Assembly: GCA_964491475.1 (NCBI GenBank)
Contig: CAZBFO010000004.1
Coordinates: 3,290-67,289 of the forward strand
Length of the DNA stretch: 64,000 nt
Source of the DNA: an uncultured Gammaproteobacteria bacterium
GTDB lineage: Bacteria; Patescibacteriota; Patescibacteriia; SG8-24
Direction of reading: 5' to 3'
Shown here: one piece after another, positions 1-11,282 of the stretch
How positions within the stretch are numbered: the stretch's first letter is position 1
Layout of the letters: every line of letters begins with the position of its first letter
The notes under the pieces: model-generated
The model's input: the letters and a program-made list of their open reading frames with translations, nothing else
Told to the model about the DNA's origin: nothing
The model's database searches: none
Translations under genes and position numbers: made by a program

Positions 1-262
1 CGAAGAAGCGCTTTTCGTCAACTAAAAGACCCCGCATGACGTCCAAGTTTTGGCTCTTTCCAGTCGGACCCTGCCTCGGCAGTGCCGAGAGCGCGTCGGG
101 CGCCTGGTTCGGCCTCGAGTAGGTTCAGGTGAACCGCCCAAGGACGAGCTTCCGCGTCCGGCAACAGGTCGCTGGAATTCTCTGGCGTCCGCCACAGCGG
201 CCGCCAATAGCGAATCCCTCCAAACAAAGAGTGTCCCAAAACTTTTTCGTGTGCGAGGCCTA

Positions 263-291
263 CCTAAAAGGTATCTCCGTTTGGAGATACC
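263..291 (-). terminator. rho-independent terminator after amidotransferase gene
   Basis: perfect 9-bp inverted repeat ggtatctcc / ggagatacc with 4-nt loop, followed on the minus strand by a U-run (cttttagg); lies just 3' of the 327..1076 minus-strand CDS. Confidence 0.5.
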
Positions 292-326
292 TTCAAGGGT
301 CGTTGGTGGATAGGCTGTGTACTTCC

Positions 327-1076
327 CTATCGCTGCAGCACCACGCGGTCGATGAAGCGTTCGAGAATGGCTTCAGCGTCGGGCGACTCCTGCAGTTTTG
401 CCGCGATCGCGTCTGCGGCGGCCTTCTGTGACGGGTCCTGTTGGACGCGCAGCGCCAGGCCGCGCTCGTAATCCGCCTTGCTGCGCTCCGGATGGAACTG
501 CACGCCGTAGACGTCGGTGCCAGGAATGGCGAAGGCCTGCACGGGACACAATTCGCTGAATGCCAGCACCACGGCGCCGGCCGGCGGCGCGGTGATGCAG
601 TCATGGTGCGCGCATTGCGCCTTGAAGGTGAACGGCGCGTCGGCGAACAGCAGATCGGTGAAGGAGTCGTCGGAGGTGGTGATGTCGTAAGTGCCGCGCT
701 CCTCCTTGGCGTGGTCGCGCACGACCTTGCCGCCGAAGATGTGGGCCAGAAACTGCGCGCCGAAGCAGATGCCGAGGACGGGAATCTTCTTGGCGCGCGC
801 CGCTTTGGCCACCTCGGCCAGCGCTGCACCGTTTGGCATTTCTTCCCAAACGGATTTCTTCGAGCCTCCGATGACCAGCGCGTGGACGCCATCGAGCATC
901 GACAGGGTCGGTGCGGTGTCGTGCACGTTGACGAAGCGCATCTGCTGTTCCGTCAGCTTGAAGGCGCGAAGGAACGAATCGACGTCGATTCGTTGCGCTT
1001 CTTCCGTATCATTGAACAGGAACGCCAGTACCTTCACCCGTTCCCGCGACATTCCCATAGCCATAGCGATCGGCAT
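327..1076 (-). CDS. class I glutamine amidotransferase (GATase1) domain protein
   Basis: 249-aa ORF; GATase1 signature ...IPVLGICFGAQFLA... (catalytic Cys in G-x-C-x-G) and later ...VYGVQFHPE... His/Glu pair. Confidence 0.8.
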   Translation of the reverse strand: MPIAMAMGMSRERVKVLAFLFNDTEEAQRIDVDSFLRAFKLTEQQMRFVNVHDTAPTLSMLDGVHALVIGGSKKSVWEEMPNGAALAEVAKAARAKKIPVLGICFGAQFLAHIFGGKVVRDHAKEERGTYDITTSDDSFTDLLFADAPFTFKAQCAHHDCITAPPAGAVVLAFSELCPVQAFAIPGTDVYGVQFHPERSKADYERGLALRVQQDPSQKAAADAIAAKLQESPDAEAILERFIDRVVLQR

Positions 1077-1086
1077 CTCTGCGCGG

Positions 1087-1569
1087 TTACTTGTTGTTGG
1101 GAGCGTTGACCGGCGCAGGAGCCTTCACGTCGCCGTAGCTGCAGCCTGCGGCCCGCGCGAGATCCTCGAGCGTCTGCTCGCCGGTCTTCTCGGTACCGTC
1201 GGCGAATCGCCAGGTCGGATAGCCCTTGATGTTGTTGTCCTTGCATATCTGGGTCTGCTGGCTGTTGTCGCCGGGGACCGCGCACTCCACGTAAGCGACG
1301 TTCTTGAATGCTGCCGTGCCGAAGTCCTTCTTCTGCTGCGCGCAGTGGGGACACCACGAAGCGCCGAACATCTTCACGCCCTTTTCGGTGAGGCATTGCG
1401 CGAGCGCGACCTTGTCGTCTCCGTTCGAAGCAGCGCTGCCGCCCTCCTGCTTACCCGTATCTTCGGCAGGCTTGCTGGCCAGCTTGGCAACGACAAGACC
1501 GCCGAGCACGATGACGACTGCCGCGACGACGAGGGTAGCATTGCTGATTTTTGGTTTGCCTGGAGCCAT
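1087..1569 (-). CDS. membrane-anchored thioredoxin-fold protein (thiol:disulfide oxidoreductase-like)
   Basis: trimmed to internal Met (MAPGKPKIS...). N-terminal hydrophobic anchor ATLVVAAVVIVLGGLVVAKLA followed by thioredoxin active site W-C-P-H-C; 10 nt upstream of amidotransferase gene (operon). Confidence 0.7.
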   Translation of the reverse strand: MAPGKPKISNATLVVAAVVIVLGGLVVAKLASKPAEDTGKQEGGSAASNGDDKVALAQCLTEKGVKMFGASWCPHCAQQKKDFGTAAFKNVAYVECAVPGDNSQQTQICKDNNIKGYPTWRFADGTEKTGEQTLEDLARAAGCSYGDVKAPAPVNAPNNK

Positions 1570-1593
1570 AAAAAAGAAGTGATTGATAAGGAT

Positions 1594-1623
1594 TTTATAA
1601 CATGTACTACGCCGTAAAGACAA
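1594..1623 (-). promoter_or_regulatory. candidate sigma70-like promoter for trx-like/amidotransferase operon
   Basis: on minus strand reads TTGTCT - 17 nt - TTATAAAAT in an AT-rich island just upstream of the 1569 start; would give a near-leaderless transcript. Confidence 0.3.
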
Positions 1624-1786
1624 GAAAAGGTGCCAGGGTTCGCAACTCGAAACAGTTCGAGGTCGCCAACGCTGACACCTGCTCAAAGAGGAGAAAAATT
1701 ATCCTCAACCAAGGAACCATGCTCACGACAAAGCATGGTTATGCTAGCACCGTGCTAGGCACTCGCAAGGGCAAATCTGTGGATAG

Positions 1787-1812
1787 AAAAATGCGACGCG
1801 TGCGCGTCGCAT
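1787..1812 (-). terminator. rho-independent terminator after ndk
   Basis: 10-bp stem atgcgacgcg / cgcgtcgcat with 2-nt loop, followed on minus strand by UUUU. Confidence 0.5.
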
Positions 1813-1818
1813 TCCGGA

Positions 1819-2316
1819 CTACTTCTTGATGGTGAACTTGGTGTACGAAGGCGCGTGACTGACCAATTCCTCTGGCTTGAACCAGACGCCGACTTCCACC
1901 GGAGCCTCTTCCACCGAACCGGAGGCATGGATCAGGTTGAACACGCCGATGTTGTTGGCGTCCGCGTACTTGAACGAGACATGGGCGTAGTCGCCGCGGA
2001 TGGTGCCGGGAGCGGCCGACTTGGGCTCGGTGGCGCCGACCATCTTGCGGACCACTTCGACGATCTCGATGCCCTCGAGGACGATGGCCACGATGGGTCC
2101 GGAGGTGATCATGTCGACCATCAGCTCGCGGACCTTTTCGCCGCGGCGCTGGGCCAGGTCGTCGGTGTAGTGCTGCTTGGCGGTGTCCTTCTCGGACACC
2201 AATAGCTTCATGCCGACGATGGACGCACCGACGCGCTCGAAGCGCGTGATGATTTCTCCGATGATGCCGCGCTCGAGCGCGTCGGGCTTGAGCAGGACGA
2301 GTGTGCGCTGAATCAT
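1819..2316 (-). CDS. ndk: nucleoside diphosphate kinase
   Basis: trimmed to Met of MIQRTLVLLKPDALERG...; NDK motifs LVLLKPD, GxxxxxR, NIIHGSD-like (NLIHASGS); ATG confirmed (cat at 2314-2316). Confidence 0.9.
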   Translation of the reverse strand: MIQRTLVLLKPDALERGIIGEIITRFERVGASIVGMKLLVSEKDTAKQHYTDDLAQRRGEKVRELMVDMITSGPIVAIVLEGIEIVEVVRKMVGATEPKSAAPGTIRGDYAHVSFKYADANNIGVFNLIHASGSVEEAPVEVGVWFKPEELVSHAPSYTKFTIKK

Positions 2317-2479
2317 ATATGCAGTGCGGTTTCGTTGGATAAGTTTGACCCGAGTATACGCAAAAGCGCCGAATCGTTCAAGGGCGTCGGCCCGACGCAC
2401 CGGCGTTGACAAACCTTCCGGTTTGCGGCATTCTTGGCGGTCGCATTCTCGCGACGACAAGACTACAAGGAGTTCATCA

Positions 2480-3100
2480 ATGCGGAAATCGTTCGTTTTC
2501 CTGGCCAGCCTGGCCGCAGCCGTGCCGTGCGCCTCGACCGCCGCTGCCGACACCGCGTTCAACGTCGAGCCGATCGTGGCGCTGGAATCGACCAAACAAG
2601 CCGACCCCTCCGTCGAGGGATCGCTAGCGCACGTCTTTCAGGACTCCAAGTTCGGCGTGTCCGGCTTCTGGTGGGTCACGAAGGATTGGGCAGAGTTCCA
2701 CGGCGGCCCCACCTACGCATTCGCCTCCTGGCTGACGCTGGGCGCGGACCTAGGCGTGGAACAGGACGGTCAGAACGGCCTAGGAGGCCGCTATGCGGTC
2801 AACGCCTGGATCAGCAAAGGCGACTTCTCCGCCTCCGGCTGCTTTGAGTGGGGCAAGCCGGTCATGCGCGGCGAATGGAGCAACGCCTGGTACGATGCCC
2901 AGATCACCTACACGCCGTTCGCCCGCTTCACCGGCGGCGCGCGTGCGCGTCGGGCCATCGGCATCGGCCCCTACGTGCAGGTCAACGTGCCCGAGGTGAA
3001 CACCAAGCTGTGGCTGCTATGGGCCGCTGCCGATCCGGGACGACCCCCCGCTCCCCCGTTCTCCTCGGCGTTGTTCGGACTGACCTTCGAGTTCAAGTGA
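2480..3100 (+). CDS. secreted hypothetical protein (Trp/Gly-rich, C-terminal aromatic residue)
   Basis: trimmed to MRKSFVFLASLAAAVPCASTAAAD signal peptide; mature part rich in W/G/A with ...GLTFEFK C-terminus; no recognisable enzymatic motif. Confidence 0.55.
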   Translation: MRKSFVFLASLAAAVPCASTAAADTAFNVEPIVALESTKQADPSVEGSLAHVFQDSKFGVSGFWWVTKDWAEFHGGPTYAFASWLTLGADLGVEQDGQNGLGGRYAVNAWISKGDFSASGCFEWGKPVMRGEWSNAWYDAQITYTPFARFTGGARARRAIGIGPYVQVNVPEVNTKLWLLWAAADPGRPPAPPFSSALFGLTFEFK

Positions 3101-3105
3101 CGGCA

Positions 3106-3129
3106 CCGGCGCTTTGCGCCGGTTTTTTA
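3106..3129 (+). terminator. rho-independent terminator
   Basis: stem ccggcgc / gcgccgg, 3-nt loop, then TTTTTTA; immediately after stop of 2480..3100. Confidence 0.5.
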
Positions 3130-3999
3130 TTTGTCCGTTTTCTCCACGTGCGCTTCATCCTTCCCGACAACCACGCGGACGCTACCGTCCTTGTCGGTCC
3201 GGTACGCCTTGGCACCGACCGCCCGTAAGCGTAACAGCGTGACCGGCGCAGGGTGGCCGAACTTGTTCTTCGCGCCAAGCGACATGATCGCTTCCTGCGG
3301 ACGCACCGCGCGAAGAAACTCCGGAGAGCTGGAGGTGCGGCTCCCGTGATGTCCGACCTTCAGCACGTCGGCCGCCAATGGCACCCCAGATGACAGAAGC
3401 GCTTTCTCGACCGCTGCCGTGGCGTCGCCCATAAGCAGGATGGCGGCGCGTGCGGAAGACGCCTTCTCTGCCGTCACGCGCAGCACGACCGATTCGGTGT
3501 TGGCGTCCTTGGTGATGACTTCCGGAAAACGTCGGTTGGGCCAGAGCACGTCGGCACGTCCGCAGCCGGAGACGTCGATGCTGTCGCCGTCGTGCACGAC
3601 GGACGTCTGCGCTCCTGACGCGCGAACGGCAGCCAGAAGCGCCCGGTATTCCGGCGTGTCGGATGCCCCCCCGGAAGTGTAGAAGTGCAGCACGCGATAG
3701 CGCCCGAACACGCCGATGAGCCCGAAGTAATGGTCGGCGTGCGGATGGGTGAGCACGACTGCCTCGATGGTGCGGTCGAAGAACGGCATGGCCTGCCCAA
3801 GCCGGGAAAGCACGGTGTCGTCCGGCCCGCCGTCGACCAGAAGTTGCCGGTTGCCGCATTGCAGCAGAATGGCGTCGCCTTGGCCGACGTCAAACACGGT
3901 GGCGGTGAACCTACGGTCGGGCAGGACAAGGACGGCGAGCAGCGCCAGCGCTGCCGCTACGATCACGAGACGAATTGCGAAGATGATGTTGCGTTTCAT
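3127..3999 (-). CDS. comEC: ComEC C-terminal metallo-beta-lactamase-fold domain protein
   Basis: starts MKRNIIFAIRLVIVAAALALLAVLVL (TM helix) then MBL motifs ...DVGQGDAILLQ..., THPHADHYFG, KVGHHGS; ATG (cat 3997-3999) overlaps stop (tca 3996-3998) of the upstream comEC ORF. Confidence 0.8.
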   Translation of the reverse strand: MKRNIIFAIRLVIVAAALALLAVLVLPDRRFTATVFDVGQGDAILLQCGNRQLLVDGGPDDTVLSRLGQAMPFFDRTIEAVVLTHPHADHYFGLIGVFGRYRVLHFYTSGGASDTPEYRALLAAVRASGAQTSVVHDGDSIDVSGCGRADVLWPNRRFPEVITKDANTESVVLRVTAEKASSARAAILLMGDATAAVEKALLSSGVPLAADVLKVGHHGSRTSSSPEFLRAVRPQEAIMSLGAKNKFGHPAPVTLLRLRAVGAKAYRTDKDGSVRVVVGKDEAHVEKTDK

Positions 4000-5576
4000 A
4001 GTTCCCGTTTGCGCAGCGCAAGCCGCAATAAGATAAGTATCGCCGCCATCGCCAAAGATTCGGCAGCGGTCGTTTGGAGATGCATCGGCGGCATCAGCGC
4101 CGCGCCGGTCGCGGCGAAGAAGCGCATCGCCTTCGTGGCCGCTGCCGTCGCCAACGCGAAGGGCAGTCCGAGCGGCGACCACAGTGCCCCCAATGCCAGG
4201 GTCAGCGCACCTGTCGCCGTGGCCAAAGGCACCAGCGGCACGATCAGCATGTTCACCGGCAATGCCGCGATCGGGAGCAAGCCAAAATCGTGCAGCTCGA
4301 TGGGCAACGTGGCGACCGTCGCCGACAAAGTCTCCGCGCAGGCGGAACGGATGCCGAAAGATTCCGGCAGCCAACCGAGACGCTTGGCAAACGGTTTTCC
4401 GAAGGCACGCATGCCGACCACCGCCGCAAAGGACAGCCTGAAGCCGACGTCGCTCGCGGCGGCAAGCGGATCCAGCGCCAGCATTACCGCCGCGACCAGC
4501 AAAAGCGGCTGCCAGCCGGCATTGCGGCGCCCAAGCAGCGAAGCCGCCACGGCCGCGCCGCCCATCAGCGCGGCGCGAACCGCAGGGGCGCCTGCACCGG
4601 ACAGCAGCGCGAATACGGTCACGAACGCCGCCACCGCGACCGCCGCCGACTTCCGCCGCAAAAGGCAGAACGCGAACAGGCCAAAGGCGAAGTTGGCCAC
4701 GAGCGACACGTTGTAGCCGGACACTGCCAGCACATGCGACGTGCCCGTGGCGCGAAAGTCGCCCACGACCTCTCGCGGCACGCCGCCGGTGTCACCGATG
4801 AGCAGGCCCAGTACGAACGACGCGTCAGGTTCGGGAATCAGCCCATAGATGACGGAGCGAATGCCGTTTTTGAAACCCAGCAGCCCGTTTGCGAAGCCGT
4901 TGCGGCCCTGCGCCGTGACCGTCGGCGGCGACCGCGGAGCGCAGTGCCAAACGTTTGGCACACCTCGGGCGGCCGTCATTCCCTCCTGCGGAAATACCTT
5001 GCAGGTCCAGGTCAGTACGTCGCCGATTGCGGCATCTGGAGCGCGTGACAGGGTCAGTGCGAATTCGCCGTCCACGCTTTTGCGGCCGCCGGCGTATCCT
5101 TGCCCGAATGCGCCCGCATCGGGAAAAACGAAAACGCGATCCATCACGATGGTCGCGCCCTTGACCGTCAATTTCGGTTCCCGTGCAAGACGGCCCTCGT
5201 ATCGTGCCTGCCAACGCGGCGGTTCCGTCGCCGAACCTGGGGCGGAAACGGATGCGTCGAACCGGGCGACCCCTGCAGTTGCTGCGGCAATCAGCAAAAT
5301 CGGGAATCGTACCCTCGGCATGCCTCGCCAAACCGCTGCGGTTGCGAACAGCGCCAGCGCCGCGGGACCGAGCATTTCCGGCACGCTCCATCGCCTGACG
5401 TCCCAACTGTGCAGCAACACGGCCGCAACGAAGGCCGAAGCGGTCAGCAGCAGCGTTTTTGACGGCGAGGCGGAGAGACGGTCGTAGGTGGCGGGCATAG
5501 CCGCCACCGCATACCATGCCGCCGGAAAAACATGCAAGCGCAACAAAAAAGCCCCGCGTGTTGCGGGGCTCGCCAT
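3996..5576 (-). CDS. comEC: ComEC N-terminal part (DUF4131/OB-fold plus competence membrane domain)
   Basis: contains hallmark ComEC competence-domain motifs ...GLLIGDTGGVP... and ...GTSHVLAVSGYNVSLV... within a polytopic membrane region; start trimmed to MASPATRG (5576), alternative MPATYDRL (5498); ORF track extends spuriously to 6215. Confidence 0.7.
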   Translation of the reverse strand: MASPATRGAFLLRLHVFPAAWYAVAAMPATYDRLSASPSKTLLLTASAFVAAVLLHSWDVRRWSVPEMLGPAALALFATAAVWRGMPRVRFPILLIAAATAGVARFDASVSAPGSATEPPRWQARYEGRLAREPKLTVKGATIVMDRVFVFPDAGAFGQGYAGGRKSVDGEFALTLSRAPDAAIGDVLTWTCKVFPQEGMTAARGVPNVWHCAPRSPPTVTAQGRNGFANGLLGFKNGIRSVIYGLIPEPDASFVLGLLIGDTGGVPREVVGDFRATGTSHVLAVSGYNVSLVANFAFGLFAFCLLRRKSAAVAVAAFVTVFALLSGAGAPAVRAALMGGAAVAASLLGRRNAGWQPLLLVAAVMLALDPLAAASDVGFRLSFAAVVGMRAFGKPFAKRLGWLPESFGIRSACAETLSATVATLPIELHDFGLLPIAALPVNMLIVPLVPLATATGALTLALGALWSPLGLPFALATAAATKAMRFFAATGAALMPPMHLQTTAAESLAMAAILILLRLALRKREL

Positions 5577-5578
5577 GG

Positions 5579-6010
5579 TCAGCGCGGCGAAGATGAGCTG
5601 GGTGCCGCTGCCGGAGAACCGGGCAGGACATATTCGCCGCGCGCGGGATCGTAGGCGCGCGTGCGAATTGCCGTGCAAGTCTCGCGGGTCAGGCCGACCT
5701 CGCGGTAGGCGGTCTCCCAGTCGCCGCCCATCACCTGAACCCGATTGTACATGTTGGAGAGATGGACCAGATGGCCGCTGCGCTCGCTGGTCCAGTAGAT
5801 GCCGTCCGAGTGCTCCTCGTTGGAGATCGAGACGTTGTGCAGCTCCCAGCAGCGAAACGGCTTGCCGGTGTTGTCCATCTGGACGACGACCCAGTCGGCG
5901 CCGAAGCTCTGCGCGCTGCATGACGAGCAGTCGCGCTGAAATCCCGCGCAGCCGACGAGCAGAAGGCCGAACACTACGGTGCCCAGGCGGGAAATGAACG
6001 GTTTTTTCAC
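5579..6010 (-). CDS. hypothetical lipoprotein
   Basis: GTG start (cac 6008-6010) preceded by GGAGAA SD; N-terminus VKKPFISRLGTVVFGLLLVGC with lipobox LLVGC; Cys-containing ~120-aa mature domain. Confidence 0.5.
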   Translation of the reverse strand: MKKPFISRLGTVVFGLLLVGCAGFQRDCSSCSAQSFGADWVVVQMDNTGKPFRCWELHNVSISNEEHSDGIYWTSERSGHLVHLSNMYNRVQVMGGDWETAYREVGLTRETCTAIRTRAYDPARGEYVLPGSPAAAPSSSSPR

Positions 6011-6117
6011 GATGTTCTCCTTGTGACGCGGCGCATCCCTCCTTGATGAGGAAAGCTGCCGGACACGAGAAGCTACCAAGAAAAGGCGCTTCCGTCAAGA
6101 CCCGCAGGACCGCAACG

Positions 6118-6495
6118 TCAGAAATGTCGCGGCGGCGCATGGCGCGCAGGCGGCACATGCCTGCGTGACGGCGGCGAGTAATGGTGGCGATGATGCCACG
6201 GCGGCGGATAGCCATGGCGATACCCCCAGGTAATGCCCGGCCGATGCACGTAGACGCCGCCGGTGTAGACGTAGTAGCCGTAGTACGGACCGGTCACCCA
6301 ACGGCAGTTCGGGTACCAGATGCCGTCGGCCCAGCAGCCGCCGTCGGGGTAGGTGTAGACGTAGCCGGGCGTGACCACGTAGACCGGGCGCGGCGGTTCC
6401 GGTTCGACCACGATGCTCGAGGTTTCCGAGACGAGGCAGCCGGCCGAAAGCACGGCCAAAGCCGCAAAAAGGAGTACTGGCGAAAGGCTTCTCAT
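6118..6495 (-). CDS. small Tyr/Gly/Pro/His-rich lipoprotein
   Basis: MRSLSPVLLFAALAVLSAGC lipobox; mature part is low-complexity (YVVTPGYVYTYPDGG..., GPYYGYYVYTGGVYVH, HHRHHY); GGAGG SD 8 nt upstream of ATG. Confidence 0.5.
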   Translation of the reverse strand: MRSLSPVLLFAALAVLSAGCLVSETSSIVVEPEPPRPVYVVTPGYVYTYPDGGCWADGIWYPNCRWVTGPYYGYYVYTGGVYVHRPGITWGYRHGYPPPWHHRHHYSPPSRRHVPPARHAPPRHF

Positions 6496-6555
6496 GAAAA
6501 CGCCTCCGCAACCACCGTACAGGTTTTTGGGGGAAAAGCAATCCTGCCGGCATAC

Positions 6556-6583
6556 GAAAAATGACCGCGCCGTTCGCGGTCAT
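6556..6583 (-). terminator. rho-independent terminator
   Basis: 9-bp stem atgaccgcg / cgcggtcat, loop ccgtt, minus-strand U-run; directly after stop of 6585..7304. Confidence 0.45.
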
Positions 6584-6584
6584 C

Positions 6585-7304
6585 TTATCGTTCGTCCTCC
6601 CAGGTCATGCCCTGTTCGACGCTGAAGTCCTCGTGGTCGCAGGTCTCGTCGCTGGTGACCTCGCGGCGCACCACGCGGATGTGCCGCTGGCTGACGATGG
6701 GCGTCATGATCATCACCTCGGGGGTGAAGAAGGTCTTGGGCAGCCTGGCCGGCGCGTTCGACTTGGCCAGCCAGTGCGTGCCTTCGGGAAGATCGACGCG
6801 ACGATAGTGCGCCTTGAAGTCCTTGAGCGGGACGATGCTGTCCCAATACTTTTGGAAGGCGCCGCGGTAGCGGTCGAGCCCCGTCTGGTTGGCACCGATG
6901 AACGGAATCAGCGCGGAGATGAAGTCCATGTCGCCGACGTAGGCCTCTTCCGGATCGATCTGCAGTTCAAGAATGTAGCGCTCGCGGCGGAACGGGAAGC
7001 GCGGCGTCTCGTCGGTGGGCGTGGCGTAGACCGCACCGAGGCGGCTGACGCCGCGATCGACCAGCCGCTTGGGCCGGTGCCGGTCGAGCAGTTCCATTTC
7101 GGCGCGCATGTCGGGGTGGCGGGTTTCGGCGGGAGGGACCGACAAACCCTCGCGGATGATGCGCATGACCTCGTCGAGAGAGCATTCGCGATAGACCGAA
7201 ACGTAGTGCTTCGGCACGTCGGCAAGGCCGGTACCGAGCATGACGCTCCAGTCGATGGTCGCGCCATCGTAGGCGCTATACAAGCCGTCGGCTCGTTGTC
7301 CCAT
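6585..7304 (-). CDS. hypothetical protein (co-transcribed with leuS)
   Basis: 239-aa ORF beginning 8 nt downstream of leuS stop; no motif I can assign. Confidence 0.5.
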   Translation of the reverse strand: MGQRADGLYSAYDGATIDWSVMLGTGLADVPKHYVSVYRECSLDEVMRIIREGLSVPPAETRHPDMRAEMELLDRHRPKRLVDRGVSRLGAVYATPTDETPRFPFRRERYILELQIDPEEAYVGDMDFISALIPFIGANQTGLDRYRGAFQKYWDSIVPLKDFKAHYRRVDLPEGTHWLAKSNAPARLPKTFFTPEVMIMTPIVSQRHIRVVRREVTSDETCDHEDFSVEQGMTWEDER

Positions 7305-7312
7305 AGATGCTT

Positions 7313-9718
<2,406 letters not shown>

Positions 9719-9781
9719 AAAAGCGGTTCAAGAAACGTCATCTTTGCACCTTTGGCGTGAAAAGACCAGCCGATAGGCAGT

Positions 9782-10201
9782 TCAGCGTTTTCCTTGGTCG
9801 GAACGGTAGGTTTTGAAATCATTGCCATGCGCCATGTAGTGCAGCAGCTGCACGAATTCGATGAAGGCGCCGATCAGGAAACCGATTGCCGTAAAGAGGG
9901 CCAAAGTGGCTAGGACCGTCGGAAACAGGTCCTGAACGCGTTGCCCGATCAACCCCCACGAAGAGCTTATGCCGGCAAGCAGCCCGAGCGCCGTCCCCCA
10001 GAAGATCGACCACAGCCGTCGAGAATGCAGCAGGCCGGCGATGATGCCGAAGACGATCGCCAGCGGCGGCACCAAGGCCAAATCCGTCGTCGGGGTGCCC
10101 ACGTCGAGGCCGGCGACGGTCAAAATGACTGCTACCAGAGCCGTGGCGGCCAGTCCGGTCGCCGTGGGATTCCAATGCGCTTTGGCTTTATTCGCAGGCA
10201 T
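9782..10201 (-). CDS. hypothetical integral membrane protein (4 TM)
   Basis: 139 aa with four hydrophobic segments; upstream of leuS same strand. Confidence 0.45.
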   Translation of the reverse strand: MPANKAKAHWNPTATGLAATALVAVILTVAGLDVGTPTTDLALVPPLAIVFGIIAGLLHSRRLWSIFWGTALGLLAGISSSWGLIGQRVQDLFPTVLATLALFTAIGFLIGAFIEFVQLLHYMAHGNDFKTYRSDQGKR

Positions 10202-10293
10202 AAGGCCAGTATACCATCATTGACACGGCGCAGGCCGCACAGTACGGTGCAACCGGCTCATTCTCAAGGCAAAAAACAAAGAAAGGTGCCGTT

Positions 10294-11127
10294 ATGAACG
10301 CACGCGCATGCCTCGCGTTCGCGGCAGCGATGCCGCTTTTGCTGCTGGCCTCCGAGGCCAAGGCCGACGAGGAGGACGCCCACGCCTTTTTCGAACGGAC
10401 GCACCCGGTGCGGTTCCGTTCGGGTTTCACCTATTCGTCTGCCAGCCACGAAGGGCTCGAGCTGCAACACGCCGACGCCTTCGTGGGCATTGGCTACGAC
10501 TGGTCGCGGCTGCTTTCGCTGCACGCCGACCTGCACTACGGCACGACGCGGTTCGCCTACAAGTCGAGCCTCGATGACAGCCTGGCGGTCGATGGACGCT
10601 TTTCGACCCCGCTGGACGTTTCGGGCTCCTCCGGCCTGACGCTGCATCTGATGCGGCAAAAGCCGTTCTGGGCAGATTTCGAAACGGAGTTCGAATCGTC
10701 GCTGTTCAACTCCGCGCCGAAAATCAGTTCGTTGAGCATCACTACGCCGCAAGGCGTCTTCGATGTCGCGCCGTACGCGCAACGGCAGACCACGCTCTCG
10801 ACGTCCTGGTACAGGTTGCGAGTCGGCACCGTCTTCGGCGCACGATTCGGACCGGTCGAACCGCAGCTGGGACTGGCGTTCGAGTACGTGCACGCCGCGA
10901 TGGACGTGAAGCTCAATGCCGACAGCCGCGACTCGCTCTCCATGCTCGGACACGACTCCGGCATGGTCGAGAACCCCCATTCGGCGGGATTCTTCCACGT
11001 GCTGCTGACGCCCGGCGTCGACCTTCACCTGGGAAAGCGTGACGCCATCGGCATCGGCGGATCGTTCGCTCCTGGCGCGAGCATCGACTCGTTCGGCGGA
11101 CAGCTGCTCTTCCGGCATCGGTTCTGA
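10294..11127 (+). CDS. secreted hypothetical protein, paralog 1 of tandem triplet
   Basis: signal peptide MNARACLAFAAAMPLLLLASEAKA; C-terminal ...VDLHLGKRDAIGIGGSF...LLFRHRF shared with next two genes. Confidence 0.55.
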   Translation: MNARACLAFAAAMPLLLLASEAKADEEDAHAFFERTHPVRFRSGFTYSSASHEGLELQHADAFVGIGYDWSRLLSLHADLHYGTTRFAYKSSLDDSLAVDGRFSTPLDVSGSSGLTLHLMRQKPFWADFETEFESSLFNSAPKISSLSITTPQGVFDVAPYAQRQTTLSTSWYRLRVGTVFGARFGPVEPQLGLAFEYVHAAMDVKLNADSRDSLSMLGHDSGMVENPHSAGFFHVLLTPGVDLHLGKRDAIGIGGSFAPGASIDSFGGQLLFRHRF

Positions 11128-11282
11128 ACCGGCCCCGCTTCATGCGGGGCTTTTTTTCTGCCGCCCGTTGACCTCCTCACGCCCCCTATGTACCGTATTC
11201 TCATAGTCCTTTGTCCGAACCCTCGGCCAGGCTACGCAGTCAAAATAGGCTCATTTCAGCCCAACCACAGTACCGAGGTTCA

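Noticed and set aside
1-262. Possible ncRNA or partial gene at the window edge
   Set aside because: No convincing ORF on either strand. I could not match it to tmRNA, RNase P, SRP or 6S RNA by eye, and it is truncated by the window edge, so it is left unannotated.
3685-5048. 343-aa and 324-aa plus-strand ORFs inside comEC
   Set aside because: Antisense to comEC. They are Arg/Gln-rich with no motifs.
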